A stretch of 64,000 bases of DNA from Takakia lepidozioides (lineage: Eukaryota > Plantae > Bryophyta). Location: positions 58,280,001-58,344,000 of the forward strand of contig CM060731.1 of the NCBI GenBank assembly GCA_030704615.1, given 5' to 3'. Of this stretch, positions 50,494-63,450 are shown piece by piece. A program made the position numbers and the translations under genes. Position 1 is the first letter of the stretch. Each line of letters starts with the position of its first letter. The notes below the pieces were generated by a model. The model saw only the letters and a program-made list of their open reading frames with translations. It did not search any database and had not been told where the DNA came from.

Positions 50494-53400
50494 TGTCATG
50501 CACCTAAGCATTATGCCACAACATACATCGCTGTCCACCACACAATCTAAGCACACAATCCTAGAAAGCTATACCACAATGATAATAGAAAAGAACACAC
50601 AATGGAAATACTCCACTCATGAATCCACTCAATCACATAAACTAAGTCAAGCCAAGGGCACCTTTGCTAAATGAATCCACCCTACAAAGCCCTCACCACA
50701 CTCCCTCTCAATACCTAGAGCTATGGAGGTGGGAGAGGCTCATGGAGGCTCAACTACAAGAAGATGAGCCTCCTCCATCTTCACAAGGGGAAAACCTATC
50801 CCCATGTCCCAAGTGAGGCTCGACACCTCATTTAGCATGTGAGACCCAATGAAGTCCCAACACACAAAATATAAATATAAATATCTAAAATGTCATAGTT
50901 AACTAGAAGTAGGTAATTCTAGATAACCATGACTAAAACCATGACAGCTGTCGTGCACCTAAGCATCGTGCCACAACATACATCGCTGTCCACCACAAAA
51001 TCTAAGCACACAATCCTAGAAAGCTATACCACAATCGCGCCCCTAGCTGGTGATTAGGTCCCTCTAACACCAGATAGCTGACAAGTATCCATCCCAATAA
51101 GATCATTGTTTGGTCATCAATCACCCAAGTCCCAGTATCTGAAGTCAATAGATCAAGAGGTCGGGTGCAAAAGTAGCCCCATCGTTACTCGCCTTCCTGC
51201 AATCCATGGCTTCAATTAGGTGTCCATGGCATTGAACTCCCGTTAGCTAGACCTTGGATCACTAGTCAACCTCGCCGCTGTCATGCCCCACTACCTCTAT
51301 CCAAGGCATCGTGGACACAACCATTCTCCACTATGAACCTCGTCAAGTGGCGGTATCAAGCATCCCATGTGCCACCCCCCTTGAGCATTTGTCACACACC
51401 AACATGGTCACGGCACCACCAGCATGCCCACATAGAATGCAACGCAACCCTGTAGGTATCACTGCAAGGTTGGGATCTATCCTCCCATCCACATGTGAAA
51501 GGTGACATGGCGCACAATTGCGCACATGGTCTTTCCATACCATGCCATCTCGACCCTCCAGAATCAACACTCTTGAAGGCAACACCTCCCGGACCCTTAG
51601 AATCACACGACATGTTGTGACATCCAAGGTCGTAGGCGCTGTCTATTGCAAATACACATAGTCCCCAAGATGGAAACGCCGAACACCTGGCCGATATTCC
51701 CCTCCACGTATAGTGGCGTACCTCAATGTGTCTCGGTGTTGGGCAATAGCAAGGTTCTCAAAAGCCATAGGCATGACTCTCTTGAACAACTCTGCCCGTT
51801 GGGCACATGCTTGTGTCCACACATCCGGATCGTCAAGGTTCAGGACTACTACAGTCTCCCTACGAATAAATGCAGACAAATCTGGCTCTCGGCCAAAGAG
51901 AAGGAAATAAGGCGAAAACGAGGCAAGTGATGCTTACTTGCTAAACCTGTAACCCAATTTAGCCAACCAAGGTAGCTGAAGGTCCCAATCTCCCAAGTGT
52001 TCCTTCTGCAAGCCATACTTACGCAAGCCTTACTTAACTGTTTGCACAACCTTCTCGGCCAAGCCATCAGCCTCGGGATGATCCCGAGAAGTAGTGCGGT
52101 GATCTATCAAGGCTTGCTCACACAAAGCCTGAAACTCCTTCAAGAACTCTTTCCCCTGGTCCGTGAGTACCTCGGCTGGAGTACCAAATTGGCTAAGCAC
52201 TCGATCTAAGAATGCATACGCAGCCCCCTCACTTGTCTTGTCAGGCAATGCCACCAGTTCAATCCATTTGAAGAAATGTTCCACCATCACCAGCACATAC
52301 TTGTTATGGCAAATCGTTAGTGACAATGGGCCTGCAAAGTCAAGACTCCAACGATAGCCCAAACCCATAATGGGTAAATGATGCAATTGTGGAGTAAGTG
52401 CATTGAAATAAGCCCGCACTCTATCACACACCATGCACCTTGCCACTAACTGTTGCACATCCGTGTGCATGCCCCGCCACCAATATTGTCATTGCAGCAA
52501 ACTATGAGTGCCTCGCACCCCAAAATGTCCCAACTCCTCATGGATATGGCGTACCAATCGCGCACGTTGTGTTGGAATCGCGCTCGATGTGTTGGATGAG
52601 GCACAATCCTCACTCATCCATCCTCCCATACTCGGAGTAGGTGAGTCCCCTCCCACTTGAACCTCTTGGCTCGTTGTAGGATCCGATCTCTCTCCTTAAT
52701 AGTCACACTGGCTGCTGTCTCTCTAGTACGAAGGTAGGCCAACACTGCTACATCTTCATGTACATCCTTAGCACCACCAAGCTCCTCACTGATCTCTGGA
52801 TCGTCATGCACACTATCTCTATGACCAATCGCATGGGATGGACCAGCTTGAGCTCCCATTGCTAGAATGCATAAAAAGGTAGATGCGTGCCATCCTGGCA
52901 CCATCTCCTCGTCCGTCTCACCATGCCAACGAGCTCATGTATCATCAAGCTCACTTGTGCATGGATTGCGACTCAATCCATCCGCATCCCGGCTCGATGC
53001 ACCACCTGGAAGTCGTACTTTTGAAGCATAAATGCCCACCGTGCAAGCTTCCCTATAAGCTTGTATGACTCCATCAACCACTTTCAATGGTTGGTGATCC
53101 GTGACAAGGGTGAAGAGATTATCATAGAGGTAGCATCTAAAATGTGCCACTGCCCATACTGCAGCTAAACACTTCCCTTCATATGAACTATACTTCGCCT
53201 CGGCATCATTGTTCGAGCGGCTAGCATATGTCATTACGAACTTTCTTCCCTCATCATCCACCTATGTGAGCACTGCTCCAATCCCCAACATACTCCAATC
53301 CGTATGTAGCTGGAAAGACTGCCCCCGAATAGGCCGTCTCAGAATAGGCGCAGAAGTCAATCGAGCCTTGAGTTCCTCAAAGGCTTCCCCCTGCTTCTCC

Positions 53401-54695
53401 TCCCACTGCCACTCCTGACCCACCTTGGTCAACTTGGTAAGAGCCTTTGCAATGCTGCTAAATCCCTTGACAAACTGTCGATAGTAGTTTGCCAACCCCA
53501 TGAAAGCATGAACTCTGCTAACATCGATGGGGTGTGGAATGCGTGCAATGGCCTCCACCTTCGTCTTTTGAACACCCAATCCTCCAAGGTATATCATGTG
53601 GCCCAGATACTCAATCTGGTTGTGGAAGAACTTGCACTTCCCAGGGTGCAATTTCAACCCATGCGCTCTCAAGCGCTCAAACACCATCTGAAGGTGTCTC
53701 TCGTGCTCCTCAATCGTAGCACTAAAGATGATGATGTCATCAATGTAGCATCGGGCAAAGTCTAGCCCCGCAAGAATCCTATCCATGACCCTCTGAAACT
53801 CTGCATGAGCATTCTTTAACCCAAATGGTAGAAACCGCCATTGGTACAAGCAATCTTTCCCATGTTGGTCAATCCCTCAAAATGTCGTCTTTTGCTTGTC
53901 AGCCTTTTTGATTGGCAACTGGGGATAATTGGATCGCAAGTCCATTGTGCTAAACACCTTTGCATGCCCAATGGCATCAAATATCTCCTCTGGAGTTGGC
54001 ATGGCATATCTATCGGACTAGTCTGACGGTTCATAGGACGGTAGTCCCCACACATCCTCCTTTGTGTCCAATTGCCATAGATATCATTCTTAGCTAGCAT
54101 CACTGTTGCCAAGGCATACTCCCCGCCTGACAATTCTATCAATCCAGCTTCGAACAACTTCATAATCTATGACTGGATCAAAGACCTCTCCATATCACTA
54201 TACATGTAGGGCCTTCGAAAAATTGGCGTGTCACTTGTCAAATCAATACGAATCTCCTGGCCCTTCAAACTCCCCAAATCCTTCAAACCGAAGACAAAGC
54301 AATTTTTATAAGCCCTTAGAAATCATTGGATCATCCGTCTCTCTCCTCCAGTGACTGTAGGTCCAACATCTGGTTCCCAGTTGTCCTTAGTGACTGCAAC
54401 CTTGGGTACACCAGGCTTGGAAGTAAGAGACGCATCCTTTGGTTGCTAGATAAGAACCTCTTGGGCTTTATCCACCCACCCTGACCGTGGCATAGCCTCC
54501 ACTTGCTCCGCCATAGCCACCTTGAAAACATCCTCTGGGGAAGAAACATTCTCAACCTTTTCAAAAACATTGGCTACCTTAGCCTCCAACTGATCCTTAG
54601 TGTATGGCTCTCCCCACTCCTCATACTGCTGCTTGAGAGATCCAATGACTCTCTCTTTGCGCATCCCATCCCATATCTGTCATGGGTGTTTGCAC
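50494..54695 (-). mobile_element. Ty3/Gypsy LTR retrotransposon (3' LTR ~50494-51034; decayed RT-RNase H-integrase-PHD), running into the gap
   Basis: RMCGDYR, FGLKNA, CYIDD, LHTDWS, YASRS, VTDHQPL, WSLDFAGP, VLTDQG, ADGLAE; C-terminal PHD-type Cys/His pattern; LTR terminus TGTCATG at 50494. Confidence 0.9.
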
Positions 54696-55195
54696 NNNNN
54701 NNNNNNNNNNNNNNNNNNNNNNNNNNNNNNNNNNNNNNNNNNNNNNNNNNNNNNNNNNNNNNNNNNNNNNNNNNNNNNNNNNNNNNNNNNNNNNNNNNNN
54801 NNNNNNNNNNNNNNNNNNNNNNNNNNNNNNNNNNNNNNNNNNNNNNNNNNNNNNNNNNNNNNNNNNNNNNNNNNNNNNNNNNNNNNNNNNNNNNNNNNNN
54901 NNNNNNNNNNNNNNNNNNNNNNNNNNNNNNNNNNNNNNNNNNNNNNNNNNNNNNNNNNNNNNNNNNNNNNNNNNNNNNNNNNNNNNNNNNNNNNNNNNNN
55001 NNNNNNNNNNNNNNNNNNNNNNNNNNNNNNNNNNNNNNNNNNNNNNNNNNNNNNNNNNNNNNNNNNNNNNNNNNNNNNNNNNNNNNNNNNNNNNNNNNNN
55101 NNNNNNNNNNNNNNNNNNNNNNNNNNNNNNNNNNNNNNNNNNNNNNNNNNNNNNNNNNNNNNNNNNNNNNNNNNNNNNNNNNNNNNNNNNNNNNN
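54696..55195. other. Assembly gap (500 N)
   Basis: Run of N; sequences on either side need not be contiguous. Confidence 1.
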
Positions 55196-55199
55196 ATCC

Positions 55200-56245
55200 A
55201 TATTTCTCGGCGCCGAAATTCATCCAAGCGAATACTACTCTGGCACGATTCTTACTTTGCCGCCAGCATTGCCCCTGACTGATGCCTGGCACAGGCCCTG
55301 TTGGAAACTGGCCATTTCTGACCATTTAACTATAATTTCTGGCGCCGTAAATTATACTTTATGTGCGGCCACGTCCCGTGCGACAAAGACCACTTCATGG
55401 ATACTTTCTGTTTCAAATGAAAAAAAAAACGGCTACAATGCAACCTTAATTTTGACAGAATTTGGTTTAATATGCCGATTTTCTCCATTAATATGCAGAA
55501 TATTCCTTATATTCGTCGGAACGGGGTATTTCCAACGAATTCCGGAAAATTATCATCCAAATCAAAAACGTAAATGCCGGGTTTGGAACGAATTTCGGCG
55601 TCGCAATTCATCGCGTCCATAGAAATGTAATATTGGAGTTACTCATTGGCGGACAGTAAGGATGAATTTCGGCGCCGAAATTGATCCATTTCAAAGAAAA
55701 ATAAATATTGGAGGGAAGGCATTGGATGAATTTTTGGCGCCGAAATCCGGCGCTAACCCTGGAAAGAATTTGGAGGGATGAGTCGGCTGAATTTCGGCGC
55801 CGAAATTCAGTGTCTCGCGAAGGAAAATACAAAATTCGGAGGACTTCGATGAATTCGGCGCCGAAATCATTGCTCGCGAAGGAAATAAAAAAATTCGGGA
55901 GGACTTTCGGATGAATTTCGGCGCCGCAATTCATTGCTCGCGAAGGAAAATAAAAATATCTCCTGGACTTGAATGAATTTCGGCGCCGAAATTCAATGCT
56001 CGCGAAGAAAAAAAAAATCGGGAGGATTTGGTTGAATTTCGGCGCCGAAATTCATTGCTCTCGAAGAAAAAGGAAAATAAAAGGGAGTACTGGATGAATT
56101 CGGCGCCAAAGTTCATCTGTCGCAAAGAAAAATAAAAACAGAAAGGACTTCCGATGAATTCTGGCACCGAAATCCATAACGCAGGGCAGCAGATTAGGGT
56201 CGGAAAAGGAGATGAAGAATGAATTTCGGCGCCGAAATACATCCT
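55200..56245. repeat. Array of 18-bp palindromes AATTTCGGCGCCGAAATT, ~11 copies at ~60-65-bp period plus two outliers
   Basis: Cores at about 55597, 55670, 55735, 55795, 55856, 55919, 55981, 56040, 56101, 56162 and 56227. Confidence 0.9.
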
Positions 56246-57484
56246 TCTGCGAATCAGGATTACTGTCATTCGGAAGTCGGCACCGGATATCCGGACACGT
56301 GGTCAATCACGACTGTAATCAGGAACACATTATATCCGTATTTTTGGCATCTAATCAACCCATATGTGCAGATACAATTTAATGAAGAAGAAGTTCATCC
56401 GAATTGATAGGGGACTGAGAGTGGACAGGGATATCTCACCTCAAGGGTCAAATGGTTGCTGTGTCTTGGGTTCCTTTTCTTTGTTTTCAGTGTCTTCAGC
56501 CATCAGCCAAAGCAAGGCAGCCTTGGATGTTAAAACAATGGAGCCAGTGTAGAACTAGCTTAGTGGAATGAGGAAAACAAGATGGTCATTCATGAAACTG
56601 ATTTGAAGACTAAGAAGGGATGACGTGGATGGGGAAGAAAGTCAATGCTGTTTTGGGCTTTGGATCTGATTTCTAAAGTGTTCTCAACATGTGAATGACT
56701 GATGTTCGAAGTTGAGGAGAAAGGAGAGCTGTCAGGGTGTGTGATTCGAGATTTGTAGAATGGTTGTGAAGCACCTTGACCAAATAGGATCCACTTGGGG
56801 AAAGGTAGTGCAAGGACCAGTCACTGGAAAGAGAGAGAGAAAAAGACTGACAGATGGGGCAGATTTGTCTCTTGTGTGACACGGTTGACTTCAATGATGG
56901 ATGCACTAGATGCCTGCTGGATGTGCATTGCATTGCATAGTAGCCATGCTGTTGTGGATAAAAGTGAGGAACCCCACATGAAAGAAAAAGAGTGTGAGAG
57001 AAAGAAAAAGTGAAGAAGGGAGAAGATGATGAGGGATGGACAAATGGAGAGCCAAGGTCAGAAGACATGAACCCTGAATGATCAACTAGTGGGCCTGCAG
57101 TTCATGGCAGATCTGAGCTGCCCATCCACCTAGACCGTGATCTCATTACAAAAAGGGTCTTCCGACGTGTTGCTGACCAAGGAACTGCCCACAAGGGCAG
57201 TGTTTCATCACTGACATAGGGCTGATTGCATCACTGAATACATCGCACCAGCATAGCTGGTGCTGTACCTGCAGGTAGGGGATGTTGTGTAAAAGGTAGA
57301 ACCAAGAGTGAACAACAATTTGACTCCCCATCCATGTCTTCTCTTCCGCTGCGGCGTGGATGAGGATTGCGTGAACTCTGATCACGAAGGAGCTGAGGGA
57401 AACCCACAGCCAAGTGACGACAGTTGGACGACTGTAAAACAACGTTTCTTTCTTTTGCTCCGCTAAAAATGGAGGGGAGCACAA

Positions 57485-60400
57485 TTAGAATTATACAGAA
57501 GGGGATTCACGCCCCTTCTTTTCACACTACACTCTAAGCACTCAGCTTGCTCAGAACAATCAGTCATGACCTGCAGCTAGTGAATCATGGTTGTGCTTCC
57601 TATTTGTATTCCTTCTTGCCTTCATGTTATCAATTTACCCTTCCGTGTATACTGAAGCATCAAATTGCTTCAGTATCTACTAGGTTCCAGTTAATCATGC
57701 ATTCATTCCACAGCTTCACTCATGTCTCTCTACACAGTGTGATTGTATCGAATAAGTATCAGATTATGATTTATCAGGTAAATCAGGCCAATGCCATGGT
57801 GACTCTAATCGCCCTACAGTATCACTACAACTTTGCATGTACAAGCATCTACTGTTCATCTCTCCTCCTTCTCCGTGCTCTCGTTCTTGCTCTCCGCCTG
57901 ATCTCCACTCATGCATGACCAAGAACCACTCCCCATGAAGTGCTCCTTTCCTGTTGCCGCTCTCCTTAATCTACCCCCAAGCTGTTCTAACCATCTAACT
58001 AACTAACCGTCATCCCTGAAGTAACACGTTCCCCCTACAGATGTCGTTCCCTGTCAATGATAACTGTTCCTCTTGTATTTTGACAGGCTGTGTCAAGCTG
58101 TGCTGAGCTGTGACTGGCTGTGTCGGGCTGTGCGAAGCTGTGGCGGCTGTGTGTCGGGCTGCGTCTGACTGTGATGGGTTGTGTGAAGCTGTGTGGAGCT
58201 GTGTCGGGCTGTGTACAGCTGTGCGAAGCTGTGGCGGGCTGTGTAACCCCCCTAAAGCCTGCTGCTGCCACCCCTAAGGCTCATGTTGGACTCAGTCTGC
58301 GCAAAAATTAAGGGTACCCCACAGAACCCGTAAAAGCGTCTAAGTCCCAAGCAGCCCTCTAACATTACCCCTCCCCCTCTAAAAAAGCCGTGTCCTCACG
58401 ATTTACTGTTTGGGATTAGCAAATCTTTGTGAGCGAGCATCCTTCTGACGGTGAGAGTCTCGTGAAGGACTCTGTGTGCGAGCCCGAGTCCTGTCACTGG
58501 CGGATGGAGATGATTGAGCACTACTTGGAAATGTCTGACCCTCCTTTGGCTGATAACGAGGTAACCTCTCAGGCATAGGAGATCCCCGTCGTTTCTTCTC
58601 TGCCATCTGAAGTGCATAGTCCTCTGCCATGTCAAAAGAGTCCGCGGAAGAAACAGTAGTATCAGAATCCTCGTCCCCCCTTAGGTGTTTTAACGGCCGA
58701 ACTTTAAGTGGAATCCTGTGTAGCATACAATGTGGTCCCACCATGTCTGGAAGTTTAAACTGTACAACTTGCTGTAAGCGTTTGCAAGCAAAATTAGTGA
58801 ACGTCCTGAACTCCTTATCTGTATAGGTAAGAGGTGTGCCAATGACTTTGGAACAGTGTAAGTATTTCCAGGCTTCATGTCCCTTAAAGAAAATATCCTC
58901 AGGGCCAAATTTTTGTGTTGTCAAATTGTTCCAAGCCGAATGAAACCATGTACGAAGTTGGGAATCCTTCTGCATCATAACTTTTGCATCATATAGGTAC
59001 ATATGAGGTGGCACTTAAGGTAAGACCCAATGATCCCCACTGGAATAACTCAGAAATCAGGATTGCATCCTCTGCTGCTCAATGTGATAACGTGCCAGAA
59101 AACAAGCAGCATAGTATAATCCACAGCCCATGACAATACTTGATACCTCCTTGGTCTTGGTATAAATGTACCCATGTACAACTTGGAAGGCAATTAATTC
59201 CTTAAGCATGGTACCTTCTTCAGACCACTACCTCGCAAAGTGATGATCCTCAATGGGTCGATTGTTCGAAGAAACCTTAGTCTGAGTTGCCACTGACAAC
59301 CAAATGCGCATGATCTGGTAGTAATGTGCCAATGACTGCGGAGGACTAAATTCCTTTCAAGCCAAATCCAACACAATGGGAATTTGGTTGAAGGGCATAA
59401 TCATAGCCCGACTGTACTCCCGTGCAATAGGAGTCTTAGGTGGGTTAAAAGCAGCATCCTCCCATACCTCAGGCTGTGGTGTGGCTGTAGTAACAACAGG
59501 GTCAGCTACCTGCACAGCCATCTGCTGTGGTATTGGTACCACTGGCCCTTCTACCACTGGCATCTCATGTATCGGTATCTCCTGCACCCCATGCAAAGAA
59601 GATTGAAAAATTAGAGACCTGGCATGTAAATAAGTAGCCATGAGCTGCTCCTCAGGAACAAAGACTCTCTTGTCAATATTTGAACTCAGGTCATCCACTT
59701 GAGTCTGCAGACCGTCCACGTCCTCCTATAGCTCCGCTATCCTACTATAGACATTGTCTATAGTAGTTGTGGCAATGTTCTGCACCTGCAATCTGAGCTC
59801 ATTCATCTTGCCCTAAGTGAGCTTTCGTGGTGCTTTGCCTTCTACTGGCCCTAGGACTGTTTGTTGCAACTCCAGGATATACCTCTCCTGGTCAGCCTCA
59901 ACCTGTCTATATTGTTTGAAAGTATTCTCATTGCGATAGATTGTATTCTTCATATCAACAATGAGTTTGGCTTGCTCTATTATCTCAGCTTCTGCCCTCA
60001 TACATCTCTCCCCTTGTCTGTTAACTTCTGATGTAGTTTGCTCAAGAGTAGTTGTGAGTGTAGCACATTGTATGGTCATCTTCTCAGGTACTGCCTCCAA
60101 CTCTGTATGTAGTACATTCACTTCTTGCAACTTGCCCTCATGCTTCACCTGCATTTGGTATAACTGTTGCTTATATGCTTCATGCAACTGGTCCTGCTCG
60201 AGGCCTGCTTCAATCAAATGTCCCTTGGCCAACTGCAAAGCAACCTTTGTGTCCTCCAACTCCTGCTGTAACTTGAGATTGACCTCCTCATCTACCTTGT
60301 TAGCACACTCCGTGGCAATTCGAGCCTCAAACTCTTTCCTGAGTTCTTCCCTCAAAGCTGCCAATTGGGTAGATGGAACATGGGATTTCACATAAGTGCC

Positions 60401-63008
60401 CAACAAATTAAGTGTCATGCTTATGGAACTCATAAGCATGGCCTGTTGAGGGTCATCATGGTGACCTTGCTGCTGTTCTCCCTGATCCTCCACTGTGTGA
60501 TGCCTCACCAACCATTCAGGCCATTGTCCCACCAGATTCTTTTCCTGAACCACCTCATTCTCCACCGGTTTTGCAGTGTCCTTATTTTCTACCCCTGGTA
60601 CCTCCGTCACAGGTGTGGGTATTACATGCACAGCAGGGTTTTCCCTGGACAAGCGCTGCACCTCTGAAACAACTGATTCCTTACCAAGCCAGAGTTTTCA
60701 TAGAGAAGGTCACCCTTCTCAATTTCGGCCACGACCTGCTCTGTAGTGGGAATGTCCAAGCCTTCTCCGTCCAGAGCAATTGGGGGTTGTGTCACAGCAT
60801 ACTCTAACTGTGGAACCTCTAAAACAACTGAGTCAACTGGTTGTGGTGGCTGTGGTATCGAAGTGACTTCCTTTTCCCTCTCCGAAGGCCGTGCTTCCAA
60901 TAATAACAGCTCTCTGTGCTGCTGTGCCCCATCCTGCACAAAAGCTTGGGAAACATTATCTTGCGGTTTCCGTGAAGCCAGTGGATCGGCCACTACAGTC
61001 ATACCCCACTTCTGTCTCTTAGACTGGTGTTGCCCTGCCAGTCCACCCTCACTATGTGAAGAGCCCTGCTCTTCAATTGCAGTGATTTCTGCCTCAAACA
61101 CTCCCATCTCCTTACGTTCTCGAGTATCAAGTATGCAAAAATCAAGAATGATTTGGGCAATGACTGGACCAGTCATAATGATCGGAGACTTAGCAGCAGT
61201 GCCCTGTAACCTCTTCATCTCGTCCACCAGACCATTGTACATTAACTCCGTCCAAGCTACATCCTCTCCCCTCAAAGCTTTCAGGATCTCTTGTGTGAAT
61301 GACCCCCGCTCAAATACTGTTGGTTCTATTTCATGGCAAACAGAACGTTCAATATTTGGCCAACTTCTCTGAGCCCTGGGTACTTGACTTTGGTACGGGC
61401 GTAACCTTGAGTTTTAAAGAAACTCCCTTCTTGGAACAAATTCCCTATCTGCAATCTTGCCCTGTGCTCATCCACATCCACATGACCTGATGGAAAATCA
61501 AACAATTGCTGCAGGTACTGGGGAGTAATTTCTATATCTACTCCCCTCACCTGAGTAACTCCCGTCCGAGGCTCAAAGTTCTGAAGGAATTGAATCATAT
61601 ACTGCCAATGATGCAAGGACCAGTCCTTGCGTAGCAACCCCCCAATCGCAACTCCCTTAGCAGCTGCACTGCCTGCGGTGCTGCAATTGTTTGCTTCTGC
61701 AGTATCGTGGTGCTCTTCACCCTGATATCCTCCATTCCCCTCACTCTCTTCATTCTAGACAAACAAAAAGGCTTTGTTTGAAACAGCTGAAGGAAAGCTT
61801 GCAGGGCACAGAGCATGAAGGTATGGTTGGCACAGAATGGAACAGATAAGTGCGTATAAGCCTGTGGGGCTTGCAAGTATTGAGTGAGAGAAAATGTACT
61901 CTCAATTCGTCCGTCCTTGCGCCACTGTGTGAGAAGTAAAGCGAGTGTATAATCTGTTACATCCGCCATAGCTACAAAGCTAGTGCTTTGATTGCCCCTC
62001 CCGTCGAGACATTGGCTATTCAGAGCCACCCCGACTCTTCCGCTCATAACACTTCCTATTTCTTGTTCTTGTTTCTTGGAGGGAACCACCTGCATGTAAT
62101 TTGCTCTCCTGATTGGCTGTGGCCTACTTAGATAATTTCTTAATTCCACCCCCCTCCGTGGACATTCCCACCTGGAATGTCCAGTAGGACAGCACATGTG
62201 ACATAGGTCCCTCTTTTCTGTACTCGGAAAGGGTTCCGTTACCCTTACTCTAAATGCATTAATGGGCCCACAATTAGTATTAGCTGCTGTACCGGGTAGG
62301 TACTTTGACGGCCCTATTTGTCCTCTTGCATGATGAAACCCTTTTTTGCAATCGATTTAGTGCGGTGTGCTTTGCCTTAGTGGCCACATGTCTGTTTCTA
62401 GACACGCCCCCGACTTCCCCGCTCCGCATGGCATATTCTCCAAGTTTGACTTCCAAACTTCTTCTTCACTTTGATGGCCACTTTTTTGACGTTGACCCGC
62501 GTCCACCTGTCACTGACCCTATGGTCTGTGTAACCTGCATGGGCTGTGTTGGGCTAAAACAGGCTGTGTGGCACTGTGATGGGCTGTGATAGGCTGTGTG
62601 ACACTGTGATGGGCTGTGTCACGCTGTGATGGGCCGTGATGGGTTGTGATAGCTATGCGAACACCTGTACTTTCTGCCCTGGTCATATACGCTTGGCTTA
62701 GCGACAAGTGCTCCATACTCTGTTGGTATCACTGGCGCAGCCCGTGACTGTTTTTGCGTTTCAACATGCAAATCGTGCTGCAATGGTTTGTCATGGATAC
62801 CACTGTACCCCTTCAACTTATTGGCATTGACTCTTCCCAGCATTTCTTTGTTAATGGTTTGTAACATGGCGGTGTTATTATCATACATCTTCTGTATGAC
62901 ATAAGGTCCTTTCCATGGTGATTTAAGCTTAGAAGCTTTAATTTTCCCCTTCTTCTGCAACCACAGAACCAAATCTCCCGTCTTAAAAGTCTTTAATTTA
63001 GAGGTTTA
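57485..63008 (-). mobile_element. 3' half of a Gypsy element: integrase end, zinc knuckle, long extra ORF, PPT and 3' LTR (~57485-58364)
   Basis: KLKSPWKGPYVIQKMYDNNT (integrase GPY/F motif) at 62619-62972. PPT agagggggagggg followed by TGTTAG at 58364. (GCTGTG)-rich repeats at 58085-58245 and 62540-62650. Left LTR edge is approximate. Confidence 0.75.
58403..61752 (-). pseudogene. Gypsy 3' extra ORF (~1100 codons, disrupted) with a coiled-coil segment; function unknown
   Basis: Chain of same-strand ORFs (61326-61637, 60622-61275, 59813-60661, 59357-59719, 58403-59014) linked by stops and frameshifts, lying between integrase and PPT. Confidence 0.65.
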
Positions 63009-63014
63009 CTATTT

Positions 63015-63450
63015 CATGAGCGCATGAGCCCATGAGCCTATGAGCCTATGAGCTCATGAGCGGGCATCCGCGGAATTGGAATTTTCCTGCCTTTATTGAC
63101 GGTGTTATGTCCTCTTACCTCGGTAATAGGGTCTGTTTCTCCTGGTCCAGGATGCGGAATGAGGAATTTCGGCGCCGTTATTCCCAAGAGCAGTGTGCTG
63201 AAATGGTGTTTTGAAGACATCCACCGGGGTATTTCGGCACCGAAATTACCTCTTAAAATGTGATATAGTGCGGTATTTAAAGGCGCAGAACGGGCAATTT
63301 CGGCGCCGAAATACCCAAGTGGAATGTGGTGAAGTGCCTTGTGCTGAAGGCTTCCATCGCAATATTTTGGTGCAGTAATTCATCCGTGGAATTTTTGAGG
63401 CCCATATAACGAAGGCGCAAACTAGGCTATTTCGGCGCCAAATTTCCCAA
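63015..63450. repeat. 8-bp (cATGAGCc) tandem followed by five palindromes ATTTCGGCGCCGAAAT at 65-67-bp period
   Basis: Palindrome cores at 63170, 63235, 63301, 63368 (degenerate) and 63433. Confidence 0.85.

Noticed and set aside
54503-55622. Long ORFs spanning the N run
   Set aside because: Artefacts of the assembly gap.
55200-63450. Calling the palindrome arrays a true CRISPR locus
   Set aside because: Eukaryotic intron-containing context, no cas genes, variable 18-bp repeats, and related spacers in the larger array.
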